Shown: positions 9,695-20,572 of the stretch, in pieces | Position numbering within the stretch: position 1 is the stretch's first letter | Layout: each line of letters begins with the position of its first letter | Assembly (NCBI GenBank): GCA_965220965.1 | Contig: OZ244852.1 | Coordinates: forward strand, 832,001 to 896,000 | Reading direction: 5' to 3' | Source: Candidatus Marinacidobacterium sp. | GTDB taxonomy: Bacteria > Acidobacteriota > Vicinamibacteria > Marinacidobacterales > Marinacidobacteraceae | Length of the DNA: 64,000 nucleotides | The notes under the pieces: model-generated | Databases searched by the model: none | What the model was told of the DNA's origin: nothing | Seen by the model: the letters and a program-made list of their open reading frames with translations, nothing else | Made by a program: the position numbers and the translations under genes

Positions 9695-11070
9695 CAGCGG
9701 AGTACGCGCCGCAGCACCGAGAGCTTGCCGCCGTACGGCGGGTAGCGGAGCGGGACGTCCAGCCACCTCGAGGCGGAGAACCAGGCGCGCTGCTGCGAGA
9801 GCCGGTCGAAGCCGTGAACCCCGTGGTAAGCGCCGAAGCCGCTCCGGCCCACGCCCCCGAAGGGAAGCGCGGGGTTGGCGCAGTGGACGACCGCGTCGTT
9901 CACCAGCACCGCCCCCGAGCGCACCGCCGCCGCCGCGGCCCGGACGACCCGCCGGCGGCGGGAGAAGACGTGGAGGACCAGCGGATCGGGATGCCGGGCG
10001 AGTTCGGCGAGCGCGTCGTCCAGCTTCCGGTACGGCAGCAGCGGCAGGATGGGTCCGAAGAGCTCCTCGCTGGCGGCCGGATGCCCCTCCGGCCAGGGGC
10101 CCGTCACGGTGGGGGCGAAGCGGAGCGTTTCCCGGTCCCGCTCTCCCCCGCGGAGCAGCGGCAGGCCGTCCAGCATGCCGGTCAGCCGGTCGAAGTGGGC
10201 GCGGTGGACGATCCGGCCGAAGTCGGGACTGCTGGCGGGGTCCTCCCCGTAGAACCCGTCGAGTGCGCGGAACAGTTCGCTCCGGAAGCGGTCGTATTGG
10301 CTCGCCGGGACGAGGACGAAGTCGGGCGCTACGCAGGTCTGCCCCGCGTTCAGGAATTTCCCCCACGCCAACCGGCGGGCGGCCAGGCGGATATTGGCCT
10401 TCTCATCGATCAGGGCCGGACATTTTCCTCCCAATTCGAGCGTAACCGGGGTCAAAGTCCGTCCGGCGGCCTCGGCGACGCGCGCTCCCGCGGCGCGGCT
10501 CCCGGTGAAGACGATGTGGTCGAAGGAACCGGAGGAGGCGAGCGCGGCCCCGGTCCGGGCGTCCCCGGAAACGACCTCGATGTGCCCCTCGGCCAGGACT
10601 CCCGGAACCCGCGCCGCGAGCAGCCCCGCGGTCGCCGGGGCGTGTTCCGAGGGCTTCAGCACCACCGTGTTGCCCGCCGCGATCGCCGCGACCGCCGGCC
10701 CAAGGCTCAACTGCAGGGGGTAGTTCCAGGGGGCGATCACCAGGACGACCCCCAGGGGCTCGGAGGTGATCCGGCTGCGCGCCGGCATCGTGGCCAGCGC
10801 GGTGGAGACCCGCTGCGGGCGCATCCAGCGGCGCAGGTTTCGGCGGGCCTGGCGGGCCTCCTGGACGACGAGACCGGTCTGCGCCGCCCACGCCTCGAAC
10901 GGCGGACACCCGAGATCCTCCGCCAGCGCCCCCTCCCACGCCGCGCGGTCCTCCACCAGGAGGCGCTCGAGCGCCCGGAGCGCGCCGCGACGGAACGCGA
11001 TCTCCCGCGGAGCGCCCGAAGACGCGAGACTCCGGGCCCGCTCGACGGCTCGCGTCAGCCCCTCGTCCAC
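9694..11070 (-). CDS. Aldehyde dehydrogenase (ALDH3-like)
   Basis: 'PWNYP','LELGGKCP','NAGQTCVAPD','EELFGP','PFGGVGRSG'. Confidence 0.93.
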   Translation of the reverse strand: MDEGLTRAVERARSLASSGAPREIAFRRGALRALERLLVEDRAAWEGALAEDLGCPPFEAWAAQTGLVVQEARQARRNLRRWMRPQRVSTALATMPARSRITSEPLGVVLVIAPWNYPLQLSLGPAVAAIAAGNTVVLKPSEHAPATAGLLAARVPGVLAEGHIEVVSGDARTGAALASSGSFDHIVFTGSRAAGARVAEAAGRTLTPVTLELGGKCPALIDEKANIRLAARRLAWGKFLNAGQTCVAPDFVLVPASQYDRFRSELFRALDGFYGEDPASSPDFGRIVHRAHFDRLTGMLDGLPLLRGGERDRETLRFAPTVTGPWPEGHPAASEELFGPILPLLPYRKLDDALAELARHPDPLVLHVFSRRRRVVRAAAAAVRSGAVLVNDAVVHCANPALPFGGVGRSGFGAYHGVHGFDRLSQQRAWFSASRWLDVPLRYPPYGGKLSVLRRVLR

Positions 11071-11115
11071 CTCGGCCGCGCAGTATAGGGGGCGCGGGTA
11101 GACTCGCGGGCCGCC

Positions 11116-11784
11116 GTGTCGTATCCGATTCCTGACTCAGCTCTCCCGTCGCCACGGGCCGCGCTTCCTGGCCGCGCCGAGGCGATGCCGGTTCCCGCGC
11201 GCCACTTCGTGCTGGACGCCCCGCTCACTCCGCCCTGGCCCGAGGGCGTTGCGGAGACCTTCTTCGGCATGGGGTGCTTCTGGGGCGCCGAGCGGCTGTT
11301 CTGGAAGATTCCCGGGGTCTACACCACGGCCGTCGGCTTCGCGGGCGGCGTCACTCCGAACCCCTCCTACCGCGAGGTGTGCACCGGCGCCACCGGGCAC
11401 GCCGAGATCGTGCGCGTCGTCTTTCGACCGGAGCAGGTCTCGTTCGTCGAGCTGTTGCGCACCTTCTGGGAGCAGCACGACCCGACGCAGGGGATGCGGC
11501 AGGGGAACGACATCGGGACGCAGTACCGCTCCGCCATCTATGCCGTGGGCGGGGAGCAGCTCCGGGAGGCGCGCGCCGCGCAGGGCGTCTACGCCGAGCG
11601 GCTCGGCGCCGCCGGGTTCGGCGCGATCACGACCGAGATCCGCGACGCGCCGGACTTCTTCTACGCCGAGGAATACCACCAGCAGTACCTCGCGAAGAAC
11701 CCGGCCGGATACTGCGGGATCGGGGGAACCGGGGTGTCCTGCCCGGCGCCTCCCCCGAACGGCGCGGGCGCCAACGGGGCGTGA
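11116..11784 (+). CDS. msrA: Peptide methionine sulfoxide reductase MsrA
   Basis: 'GCFWG', 'GHAE', '[11 protein letters not shown]', 'AEEYHQQYL'. Confidence 0.96.
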   Translation: MSYPIPDSALPSPRAALPGRAEAMPVPARHFVLDAPLTPPWPEGVAETFFGMGCFWGAERLFWKIPGVYTTAVGFAGGVTPNPSYREVCTGATGHAEIVRVVFRPEQVSFVELLRTFWEQHDPTQGMRQGNDIGTQYRSAIYAVGGEQLREARAAQGVYAERLGAAGFGAITTEIRDAPDFFYAEEYHQQYLAKNPAGYCGIGGTGVSCPAPPPNGAGANGA

Positions 11785-12197
11785 GCGCCTCGTCCGCGAG
11801 CCCCGCCGGGACGGGGGACGCTGACCCCCGCGACGAGGCTTCGGAGGCCGCCCTCAAGGCCCGGTCGCTCGGGCTCGGCGGCGTCCGGCGGCACATCTTC
11901 CTGTGCGCCGACGCCTCGAACCCCAAGTGTTGCCCTCCGGACCTCGCCGACCGGTCCTGGCGCCACCTGAAGGCGCGCCTCGACGAGCTGGGCCTGGCCT
12001 GCGGGCCCGCCGGCGGCCCCGTCGCCCGCACCAAGGCCAATTGTCTGCGGATCTGCGCCGAGGGGCCGATCGCGGTCGTCTACCCGGAGGGCGTCTGGTA
12101 CCGGGGCATGACCCCCGAGGCGCTCGACCGGGTCATCGAGAGCCACCTCGCCGGCGGCGCGCCGGTTCCCGAGCACCGCATCCCGACGCCCCGCTGA
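11781..12197 (+). CDS. Thioredoxin-like [2Fe-2S] ferredoxin
   Basis: 'HIFLC...KCC', '[22 protein letters not shown]'; GTG at 11781 overlaps the msrA stop. Confidence 0.85.
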   Translation: MSASSASPAGTGDADPRDEASEAALKARSLGLGGVRRHIFLCADASNPKCCPPDLADRSWRHLKARLDELGLACGPAGGPVARTKANCLRICAEGPIAVVYPEGVWYRGMTPEALDRVIESHLAGGAPVPEHRIPTPR

Positions 12198-12213
12198 GCC
12201 CCGGGGGCCGCCG

Positions 12214-15200
12214 CTACAGGACGCGGCGGAGGAGCGTCTCCGCCTCGGCGGGCGTGATGCCGCGCCGGGCGGCGTAGTCCTCGAGCTGGTCCCTCCCGAT
12301 CCTGCCGACCGAGAAGTAGCGGGCCTCGGGGCTCGCGAAGTAGAGCCCGGCGACCGACGCGGTCGGGGTGATCGCGAAGGACTCGGTGAGACGGACGCCG
12401 ATCGCCGCCTCGGCGTCGAGGGCGTCGAAGATCTCGCGCGCGATCCCGGGGTCCGGGGTCCCCGGGTAGCCGGGAGCGGGCCGGATCCCGCGGTAGCGCT
12501 CGCGGAGGAGGTCCTCGGGTTCCAGGTTTTCCTCTTCGCCGTACCCCAGCTCGCGGCGCGCCGTCTCGTGGAGCTTCTCGGCGAGCGCCTCGGCGAGCCG
12601 GTCGGCGAGCGACCGCAGGAGGAGCGCGTCGTAGTCGTCGCTGGCGCGTTCGGCGGCGGCCACCGCCGTCTCGAGGCCGAGGCCGGCGGTGACGGCGAAC
12701 ATGCCGACCACATCCGCCCCTCCGGCGGCCGGGGCGCCGGCGCCGCCGTCCCCGAGGAAGTCGGCGAGCGCCAGGCGGGGCCCCTTCCGGTCTTCCTGCT
12801 GGCGAAGCGTCGGGATCCGGAACCGGGGCGGGCCGGACGCCGAGCGCGGTTCCCACACCAGGATGTCGTCGCCCTCCCGCGCGGCCGGGAAGAACCCGTA
12901 GACCGCGGCGGCGCGCAGTTCGTCGCCGGTGGCGAGCGCCGCGGCCCGGGCGCGGGCGGCGGCGAGCAGCTCGCGGGCCGCCGATCCGGAGTCCGGGTGA
13001 TCCAGCAACGCCGGGAAGGTTCCCCGGAACTGCCAGGCGTGGAAGAACGGGGTCCAGTCGATGTAGGGGAGCAGCTCCCGGATCGCGATCTCGCGCAGGA
13101 CGCGCACCCCCAGGAACCGGGGCCGGACATCCGTGGCCCGGGGGAAGCGGGGCGCGCGCCGGCGGGCCTCGGCGAGCGACAGCAGCGGCGGCCGCCCCTC
13201 CTCGCCGCGCTCGCGCAGCCGGCTCTGGGACCGCCGCAGTTCGGCGACATAGTCCTCCCGCTCGTCGCCCAGCAGGGACCGCGCGACCCCGGACGCCAGC
13301 GAGGCGTCCCGGACGTGGACCACCGGGCCGGAGCGGGTGGGGGCGAGGCGCAGCGCGGTGTGGCGCGCCGAGGTCGTGGCGCCGCCGATGAGGAGCGGCC
13401 GGTGGTCGCCGCGGCGCTCCATCTCGACGGCGAACCGCTCCATCTCGGCGAGCGACGGGGTGATGAGTCCGGAGAGCCCGACGAGCGCCGCGCCCCCGGC
13501 GTTGGCGCGCTCGAGGATCCGGTCGGCGGGGACCATGACCCCGAGGTCGTCGACCTCGTAGCCGTTGCACGCCAGCACGATCCCCACGATGCTCTTCCCG
13601 ATGTCGTGAACATCCCCCTTCACGGTGGCGAGGACGATCCGGTCGCGGCGATCCGCGGCCTGCTCGTCGTTCCGCATGAAGGGTTCGAGCCGGGCGACCG
13701 CCCGCTTCATGACGCGGGCGCTCTTGACCACCTGGGGCAGGAACATCCGTCCATCGCCGAACCGCTCGCCCACGACCCGCATCCCGTCCATCAGCGGTCC
13801 CTCGATCACCCCGAGGGCCGACCCGATCCCGGCGAGCGCCTCGTCGGTGTCGGCCTCGATGAAGTCGGTGAAGCCCTGAACGACGGCGTGGGCGAGCCGC
13901 TCTTCGACCGGCAGCGCGCGCCAGGCGTCGTCCGCGCCGCGGCTGGAAGCCTGGGCGCGGGCCTCCGAGGCCACCTCGAGAAGCCGCTCCGACGCGTCCG
14001 GTCGGCGCGCCAGGACCACATCCTCCACCCGCTCGCGCAGGTCTTCGGGGATGTCGTCGTAGGCCGGGAGGCGGCCGGCGTTCACGATCCCCATATCGAG
14101 GCCGGCGGCGATGGCGTGGTGGAGGAACACCGCGTTCATCGCCTGTCGCACGCCCTCGTTGCCGCGGAAGGCGAACGAGAGATTCGAGACCCCCCCGGAG
14201 AGCAGCGATCCGGGACAGGCCTCGCGGATCCGGGGAAGCGCGTTCAGGAACTCGAGCGCATAGCGGTCGTGCTCCGCGATCCCGGTGGCGACCGCGAGGA
14301 CGTTCGGGTCGAAGGCGATGTCCCCCGGCGGAACCCCGATGCCGGTGAGGAGGCGGTAGGCGCGGGCGCAGATCGCGGTCTTGCGGTCGGCGTCGACCGC
14401 CTGGCCCTCCTCGTCGAACGCCATCACGATGAGCGCGGCGCCGTAGCGGCGCACCCGCCGCGCGGAGTCGAGGAAAGCCTCCTCCCCGTCCTTGAGCGAG
14501 AGCGAGTTCACCACGCCCTTGCCGGGAAGCTGGCGGAGCCCGGCCTCGATCACGTCGAGGTCGGAGCTGTCCACGACCACCGGCAGCCGGGCGATGTCCG
14601 GCTCCATCGCCACCAGCCGCAGGAACCGGCTCATGCAGCCGGCCGAGTCGAGGAGCGCCTCGTCCATGTTGACGTCGATGAGGTTCGCGCCCCCGGCCAC
14701 CTGATCCTGCGCCACGCCGATGGCGGCCTCGAAGCGCTCGCGCCGGATGAGCCGCGCGAACCGGCGCGAGCCGGTGACGTTCGTGCGTTCGCCGACGATG
14801 AGGAAGGCCCGCTCCGGCCGCACCAGTGGCTCGTTTCCGGCGAGGCGCAGTCCGGACCGGGCGGCGGGGACCTCGCGCGGCGCCGCGCCCCGGAGCGCCT
14901 TCCGGACGGCGTCGATGTGCTCCGGCGTCGTGCCGCAGCAGCCCCCGGTGAAGTTGAGCAGGCCCTGGCGCGCGAGGTCCCGGAGCGCCGACGCGGTGGC
15001 GACGGGGATCTCGTCGTAGCCGCCGAGTTCGTTCGGCAGTCCGGCGTTCGGGACGGCGCCCACCGGGACCGGGGCGTAGCGCGCCATGCGCTCCAGGATC
15101 GGACCCATCGCCTCCGCGCCGAGCGAGCAGTTCACCCCGGCCGCCGTGACGCCGGCGTGCTCGACGGACACCCAGAACGCCTCGGCGTCCTGCCCCGTCA

Positions 15201-15870
15201 GGTTCCGGCCTCCCTGATCCACCGCGGTGAACGAGACCAGGAGCCCGGGGTCACCGGGGGCCTCGGACATCGCCTCGGCGCAGGCGTCGAGCGCCGCCTT
15301 GGCGTTCAGCGTGTCGAAGCAGGTCTCGACCAGCAGCAGGTCCGCCCCGCCGGCGAGGAGCCCTCGCGCCTGTTCCAGGTAGGCGGCGCGGAGTTCCTCC
15401 CAGCCGATGGCCCGGTACGCCGGATCGGCCACATCGGGCGACACGCTGAGCGTCCGGTTCGTCGGGCCCATCGAGCCCAGCACGAACACCGGCCGGTCGG
15501 GCTGGAACGCCTCGATGGCGCGACGGGCGACGCGGGCGCCGGCGCGGTTGATCTCGAACGCGAAGTCCTCGAGGCCGTAGTCGGTGAGGGAGACCGCGGT
15601 CCCGTTGAACGTGTTCGTGGTGAGCGCATCGGCGCCCGCCGCGAGGTAGTCCAGGTGGACGCGCTCCACGAGCTCCGGACCGGTGAGGCAGAGGACGTCG
15701 TGAAGCCCCGCGAGCGGTTTCGGGTGTTCCCGGAGCCGGTCGCCGCGGAAGGCGGACTCCTCCAGCCGCAGCGCCTGAAGCATCGTCCCGATCGCCCCGT
15801 CGAACACGAGGATGCGCTCGCCGAGCGCCTCCCGGAAGGCGGCCCGGCCGCCGCGCGCCGCGCCGCTCAT
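12214..15870 (-). CDS. metH: B12-dependent methionine synthase
   Basis: Hcy domain (GVNCS, GGCCGT), pterin domain (GERTNVTGS), B12-binding 'DVHDIG', reactivation domain 'GIRPAPGYP'. Confidence 0.96.
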   Translation of the reverse strand: MSGAARGGRAAFREALGERILVFDGAIGTMLQALRLEESAFRGDRLREHPKPLAGLHDVLCLTGPELVERVHLDYLAAGADALTTNTFNGTAVSLTDYGLEDFAFEINRAGARVARRAIEAFQPDRPVFVLGSMGPTNRTLSVSPDVADPAYRAIGWEELRAAYLEQARGLLAGGADLLLVETCFDTLNAKAALDACAEAMSEAPGDPGLLVSFTAVDQGGRNLTGQDAEAFWVSVEHAGVTAAGVNCSLGAEAMGPILERMARYAPVPVGAVPNAGLPNELGGYDEIPVATASALRDLARQGLLNFTGGCCGTTPEHIDAVRKALRGAAPREVPAARSGLRLAGNEPLVRPERAFLIVGERTNVTGSRRFARLIRRERFEAAIGVAQDQVAGGANLIDVNMDEALLDSAGCMSRFLRLVAMEPDIARLPVVVDSSDLDVIEAGLRQLPGKGVVNSLSLKDGEEAFLDSARRVRRYGAALIVMAFDEEGQAVDADRKTAICARAYRLLTGIGVPPGDIAFDPNVLAVATGIAEHDRYALEFLNALPRIREACPGSLLSGGVSNLSFAFRGNEGVRQAMNAVFLHHAIAAGLDMGIVNAGRLPAYDDIPEDLRERVEDVVLARRPDASERLLEVASEARAQASSRGADDAWRALPVEERLAHAVVQGFTDFIEADTDEALAGIGSALGVIEGPLMDGMRVVGERFGDGRMFLPQVVKSARVMKRAVARLEPFMRNDEQAADRRDRIVLATVKGDVHDIGKSIVGIVLACNGYEVDDLGVMVPADRILERANAGGAALVGLSGLITPSLAEMERFAVEMERRGDHRPLLIGGATTSARHTALRLAPTRSGPVVHVRDASLASGVARSLLGDEREDYVAELRRSQSRLRERGEEGRPPLLSLAEARRRAPRFPRATDVRPRFLGVRVLREIAIRELLPYIDWTPFFHAWQFRGTFPALLDHPDSGSAARELLAAARARAAALATGDELRAAAVYGFFPAAREGDDILVWEPRSASGPPRFRIPTLRQQEDRKGPRLALADFLGDGGAGAPAAGGADVVGMFAVTAGLGLETAVAAAERASDDYDALLLRSLADRLAEALAEKLHETARRELGYGEEENLEPEDLLRERYRGIRPAPGYPGTPDPGIAREIFDALDAEAAIGVRLTESFAITPTASVAGLYFASPEARYFSVGRIGRDQLEDYAARRGITPAEAETLLRRVL

Positions 15871-16006
15871 GCTGGCGCGCAGTCTAGGGCGGCCCCAGTC
15901 GGTCTCCGGGCCGCCCGGTACCATCCCCGAGCCTCGCCGGATGGCCGGGCGGGCCGCTCCGGAGCCCGTCCCGCCCGGGCGGGCGTTGACAACAGGCTCC
16001 CCGCTC

Positions 16007-17245
16007 ATGCCCCTTCATCTCTGGGTCGCCGTCGCCATCGTGGGCGGCATCGCGACCGGCGTCGCGCTCGGCGAGACGGCGGCGCTCCTGCAGCCGATCG
16101 CGGACCTGTTCGTCCAGCTCCTGCGGATGCTCATCGCGCCGTTGATCTTCATCACGCTCTCGCTGGCGATCATCGGGATCCGCGGGCGCACCGCCGGGAG
16201 CATCGGTCTGCGGGTCTTCCTCTACAACCTCGCGACCCTCGGCGCGGCGCTCGTCATCGGGATCGGTTTCGCGGTCTGGATCGGGCCCGGCGTCGGCGTC
16301 GACCTGTCGGCGCTCGGAGGCGTACCGGATGACCCCGGAACCGGGGCGGCGCCCACCGGCCGATCCTTCGGCGACATCCTCGTCGGCATCGTGCCTTCGA
16401 GCATCGGTCGCGCCTTCGTGGAAGGCGATGTGCTCCAGGTCCTGTTCCTGTCGATCGTGTTCGGCTTCGCGGTGAACGCGTTGGGCGCCGAGCGGACAAA
16501 GCCGCTGGTGGCTGTCCTGCGCGCCGTGAACGACGTCCTCTACCGGGTCGTCGGGTGGGTCGTGCGGCTCGCGCCGCTGGGCGTCTTTGCGATCCTCGCC
16601 GCAGTCGTTGGCCAGTCGGGCCTCGGAGTGCTGGGCGCGCTCGGCTGGTACATGGGGGTCTGCCTCATCGCCGCGACCGTGCAGGTGGTGGGCGTTCACG
16701 GGGGCGCGGTGCGGCTCCTGGCCGGGCAACCGATCCGGAACATGCTGCGGGCGCTGCGCGAGCCGCTCCCGGTCGCGTTCGCCTCGGTCTCCACCGCCGC
16801 GGCCCTCCCGGTGTCCATGGCCTCGGTCCCGGAGGCGACCGGGATCTCCCGCCGGGTCGCGGGGTTCGCGCTCCCGTTCGGCGCGGCGGTGGGCCGCGAC
16901 TCGAGCGGGATCTACCAGGTCGTCTCGGTCGTCACGATCGCGCAGCTCGTCGGGGAGCCGCTCGCCGGCGTCCAGTTCGCGGTGCTCTGGGTCACCGCGA
17001 TCCTCAGCTCCTGGGCGGTGTCGGCGGTTCCCGGCGCCAGCTTCGTGAATCTCACGATCCTGCTCGGCGCGATGGGCCTACCGCTCCACCTCTCGGTCCT
17101 CGTCCTCGCGGTGGAGCGCCCGCTCGACCACCTGCGCACCTCGGGGAACCTCATCGGTCAGCTCTCGAACGCGGTCTTCACCGGGGCCACGTCCGGGGAG
17201 ATCGGCCCTCCGGGCCGGAGCAGGACCGCCGCTCCGGTGACCTGA
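16007..17245 (+). CDS. Dicarboxylate/amino acid:cation symporter (DAACS/GltP family); start may be 15941
   Basis: '[11 protein letters not shown]','[13 protein letters not shown]','APLGVF','DHLRTSGN'. Confidence 0.88.
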   Translation: MPLHLWVAVAIVGGIATGVALGETAALLQPIADLFVQLLRMLIAPLIFITLSLAIIGIRGRTAGSIGLRVFLYNLATLGAALVIGIGFAVWIGPGVGVDLSALGGVPDDPGTGAAPTGRSFGDILVGIVPSSIGRAFVEGDVLQVLFLSIVFGFAVNALGAERTKPLVAVLRAVNDVLYRVVGWVVRLAPLGVFAILAAVVGQSGLGVLGALGWYMGVCLIAATVQVVGVHGGAVRLLAGQPIRNMLRALREPLPVAFASVSTAAALPVSMASVPEATGISRRVAGFALPFGAAVGRDSSGIYQVVSVVTIAQLVGEPLAGVQFAVLWVTAILSSWAVSAVPGASFVNLTILLGAMGLPLHLSVLVLAVERPLDHLRTSGNLIGQLSNAVFTGATSGEIGPPGRSRTAAPVT

Positions 17246-17258
17246 CCGGGGGCTGGCG

Positions 17259-18272
17259 ATGGTTCAGCGGGCGCGTCCGGTTCTGATCGCCCTGGCGTGG
17301 CTGGGTCTGCTGGCGGCGGGGTGCGGGGGCGACCCGGCCAGCGGGCCCGCGGTTCCCGCCGGACCGGTTCCGGCGGACGCCAGCGTCCGGGGGGTCGTGA
17401 CCGCCACCGTGACCGGCGGACCGGTGGCGGGGGCCGTCTTCACCGTCGGCGGGAGCGTGGCGGGCCGGTCGGGAAGCGACGGATCGTTCGGCCTCGAGCT
17501 TGCCGATGGCGTCCACCAGGTCACGGTTGCGGCGCCGGGCTACGTCGAGCGGGTCACGCGGATCCGGTCTCCCGCCACCGACGTTGCGGTGGACGTGATC
17601 CCCGAGGCGGCGCCGTGGACGCTCGAGTTCTATCGGGAACTGGCCCGGAACGGCGCCGGGGGCGGCGAACTCGAACCGCTCGTCCGGTGGGAGGTCGAAC
17701 CGGTCTTCTACATCGACACCCGCCCGGAGCCCGCCACCAGGGAGGCGATCCCGCCGGAGACCGTCGCCTTCGTCCGCGAGGCGATCCGGGTCTCGGTGTC
17801 GCTGCTCACCGGCGGCCGGTTCACCGGGGAACAGGTCCATGTGACCAATGAGCCGCCTCCGGATCTGACCCCCGGGACGGTCGTTCTTCGCTGGGACGCC
17901 AGGGAAGTGGCCGATGTCGCCGGGACCGCAAACGCCTTCGCCTTCCACGTCGGCGGTCCGGCGAATGTCGTGGTGTTCCGGCACATCGAGCAGACCTGGG
18001 CGGTCCACCATGAAATCGGCCACGTGATGGGGCTCTATCACCCGCTCGGGGGGTACCGCCCGACGCACATGTGGTACTCGGGCAACCTCGAGCCGCCCCA
18101 CTTCACCGAGTGGGATCTGTTCCACGCGCGGGTGCTCTACTCGCGCCCTCCGGGGAACGTGGATATCGACCGGGACCCTCCCGGCTTCGCGCTCGGCGGC
18201 CCGGCAGCGACGACGGGAGCGGTCGCCGCCCCGCGCGGTCCGGTGATCTGCCCGCCGTCGCCGGCGCGCTGA
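17259..18272 (+). CDS. Lipoprotein with carboxypeptidase-regulatory-like domain and metzincin Zn-protease motif
   Basis: Lipobox LAAGC; 'HEIGHVMGLYH' (HExxHxxGxxH) plus Met-turn 'THMWY'. Confidence 0.75.
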   Translation: MVQRARPVLIALAWLGLLAAGCGGDPASGPAVPAGPVPADASVRGVVTATVTGGPVAGAVFTVGGSVAGRSGSDGSFGLELADGVHQVTVAAPGYVERVTRIRSPATDVAVDVIPEAAPWTLEFYRELARNGAGGGELEPLVRWEVEPVFYIDTRPEPATREAIPPETVAFVREAIRVSVSLLTGGRFTGEQVHVTNEPPPDLTPGTVVLRWDAREVADVAGTANAFAFHVGGPANVVVFRHIEQTWAVHHEIGHVMGLYHPLGGYRPTHMWYSGNLEPPHFTEWDLFHARVLYSRPPGNVDIDRDPPGFALGGPAATTGAVAAPRGPVICPPSPAR

Positions 18273-18287
18273 CGAGAACGGACTGCG

Positions 18288-19940
18288 CTAGCCGAGCAGC
18301 AGGTTCCGGGCCCGCCGGTCGGCGCGCGGGTCCTCGAACGACGCGAGCAGCCAGTTCGCGAACCCGGGGCCGTAGCGGTTCCGGAAGACCGCCGGGCTGA
18401 GTCGGCGCTCCTGGGGGACGCCTTCGGGAAACAGACCGTTGCGGGCGCGCAGGAAGCGGGCCCGGCGCTCCTCGTCGCGCCGCTTGGCGGCGCGCACCGC
18501 CCGTTTTTCCAGTCCGTCCAGGATCGCGAGCATCTTCCCCCGGGTTCGTTGCGCCGTGGGGCCGAGGCTGTGGTCGAGCGCCTCGACGGCGGACTCGACG
18601 GCCCGAAGGCCGGCGTCGAGATCGGCGCGGGTGGCGGCGATCGCCGCGGCGACTCCGGGGTCTTCGGTCACCCGGTTCAGCGCCGCCTCGTCCCGGGCGG
18701 CCAGTTCGTCGAAATCGATCCCGTCGCGGTCCACGACGCGAAGCTGCGAGGCGTTCATCACCGTCACCTGGTGGCGGGGCGTGACCAGCGGGCGCGGGAT
18801 CCCGTGGAGCCCGTAGAGGCCGCCGATCTGGGCGTGGTAGGCGATCTCGGACGGGCCGGCGACGTAGGCGAGCGTCGGAAGCAGGAAGTCCTGGATCAGC
18901 GGGCGGAGCAGGACCGCGGCGCTGAGCCGCTCCGGCGCGGCCCGGAGCGCATCGGGCGCCAGCTCTTCGGCGCGCGCTCTCCGGCGGGCGCCCGACTCGT
19001 CGGTCACGAAGACGCCGTATCCCTCGGGCGTCGCCTGCCCGGAGTAGCCGGCGGCCTCGATGCGGGCGGTGCTCCTCCGGATGCGTCGACGCCCGTCCTC
19101 CCCGGCGGCGGCCCGTTCGTACACCGCCAGAGCGGACTGCTTGAAGACCGGAGCGCCGCCGTCCATCGCGACGAGCCCGGTTCCGCGGGTCAGGCGCAGG
19201 ACGAATCGGGTGAAGGCCTCGCCGAGGGAGTGGCCGGGCGCATAGGCGGCGTGAAGCGCCTCCGCGACCTCGCCCGAGAAGTCGGTCGCCGGAAGCGCTT
19301 CGGTGAAGGCGGAGACGAGGTCGGGGATCGACTCGTCCAGAAGTCGGCGGGCCGCCGGGAGGCGGAGCGCCGCGTCGGCGGGCTCGTAGCGGAACACGCG
19401 GGCTTCCCCGGCGGGGTCGAGCAGCCAGGCGTCGCGCACCTCTTCGAAGTCGTGGTCGTCCGACTCGACCCAGAAGACCGGAACGACCGGGTTCCCGACG
19501 ATGGCTTCGAGTTCGCGGGCGGTCGCGACCGCCGACATGGCCTTGGCCAGCGAGTAGAGCGGACCGCCGAAGAGGCCGGCCTGCTGTCCGGTGACGACCA
19601 CCAGGACGCCGGGCTCGGCGATCCGGGCGGCGGCGGCCACCGCGAGCGCGTCGCCGCCGAGGGTCTCGTTCGTGTGGACGAGCGCGGCTGCGGTGGCCTC
19701 GCGCGGATGGGGGAACGCGCTCACCGAGGCGGCCGTCCGCTCCGCCACCGCAGGATCGAACGGGTCGGGGAGCAGATCGGCGAAGGCTCCGGGGTCCGCG
19801 GCCCAGGCGGGGAAGAACCCGCGGGCGGCGCCGGGCGGAACGAGCGGCAGCGTGCGCAGGAAGCCGCTCCCGGCGGCTCCGGGGAGGCCCGCAGCGGGGG
19901 CGGCGGACTCGCGCGGCGAGGTGACGGCGCCTCCGTTCAT
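18288..19940 (-). CDS. bshC: Bacillithiol biosynthesis cysteine-adding enzyme BshC
   Basis: 'VVTGQQAGLFGGPLY','FWVESDDHDFEE','LRPLIQDFLLPT..YVAGPSEIAY','PQER'. Confidence 0.92.
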   Translation of the reverse strand: MNGGAVTSPRESAAPAAGLPGAAGSGFLRTLPLVPPGAARGFFPAWAADPGAFADLLPDPFDPAVAERTAASVSAFPHPREATAAALVHTNETLGGDALAVAAAARIAEPGVLVVVTGQQAGLFGGPLYSLAKAMSAVATARELEAIVGNPVVPVFWVESDDHDFEEVRDAWLLDPAGEARVFRYEPADAALRLPAARRLLDESIPDLVSAFTEALPATDFSGEVAEALHAAYAPGHSLGEAFTRFVLRLTRGTGLVAMDGGAPVFKQSALAVYERAAAGEDGRRRIRRSTARIEAAGYSGQATPEGYGVFVTDESGARRRARAEELAPDALRAAPERLSAAVLLRPLIQDFLLPTLAYVAGPSEIAYHAQIGGLYGLHGIPRPLVTPRHQVTVMNASQLRVVDRDGIDFDELAARDEAALNRVTEDPGVAAAIAATRADLDAGLRAVESAVEALDHSLGPTAQRTRGKMLAILDGLEKRAVRAAKRRDEERRARFLRARNGLFPEGVPQERRLSPAVFRNRYGPGFANWLLASFEDPRADRRARNLLLG

Positions 19941-20572
19941 CGACCGGTTCCTCCCGGCGGTTCGGGGTCCTCGCCGCACAGTTCGCGCGCCAGCGCGACC
20001 GCGGGGTCGATCCGCCCCATGCGCTCCGGCGGGTACACCCGCCACCTCGCCTTGCCCAGGATCAGCTCCTCGGGAAGCGGCCCCCAGTGGCGGCTGTCGC
20101 TGCTGCGGACCCGGTTGTCGCCGACCACGAAGTACTCGCCCGCATCCAGGGCGATCTCGACGCTCTCCGGACGATCCGCCAGAACGGACGCGCCGCCCCC
20201 GGAAGCCCCCGGACACGGCTGGAGGTTCGCTCCGGTCGGGGCGAGCACCAGCACCTCGTCCTCGTGGAAGCGCACGGTGTCCCCCGGCAGGCCGGCCACC
20301 CGCTTCACCAGGATAGCGCCGGATCCCCCGGGATCGCGGAACACGAGGACATCGCCGCGATCCAGCGCGCCGAACCGCACGGCGATCTTGTCGACGAGAA
20401 CCCGTTCGCCCGATTCGAGCGCGGGGTCCATGCTGGCCCCCTGGATCCGGAACACCTGAACTCCGTACGTCAGGACAAGCCAGGCGCAGATCCCGGACAG
20501 GGCGCCGGTCCGGGCCAGGCGGAGGGCGGACCGCCACCGGCGGCGACCGCTCCGAACCGGGGGAGGGATCAC
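19937..20572 (-). CDS. lepB: Signal peptidase I
   Basis: 'GASMDPAL' (Ser), 'VKRVAGLPGD' (Lys), 'GDNRVRSSDSRHWG'. Confidence 0.92.
   Translation of the reverse strand: MIPPPVRSGRRRWRSALRLARTGALSGICAWLVLTYGVQVFRIQGASMDPALESGERVLVDKIAVRFGALDRGDVLVFRDPGGSGAILVKRVAGLPGDTVRFHEDEVLVLAPTGANLQPCPGASGGGASVLADRPESVEIALDAGEYFVVGDNRVRSSDSRHWGPLPEELILGKARWRVYPPERMGRIDPAVALARELCGEDPEPPGGTGR

Noticed and set aside
15871-16006. SAM or cobalamin riboswitch before metH (also checked 22498-22592 before yitJ); TTGACA at 15986-15991
   Set aside because: No riboswitch consensus, the intergenic regions are short, and TTGACA has no -10 box at proper spacing
12568-16332. Long shadow ORFs (also 499-3528, 37085-42313, 7313-9745, 31338-34034 and others)
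   Set aside because: Antisense or off-frame to motif-bearing genes; expected from stop-codon scarcity in high-GC DNA
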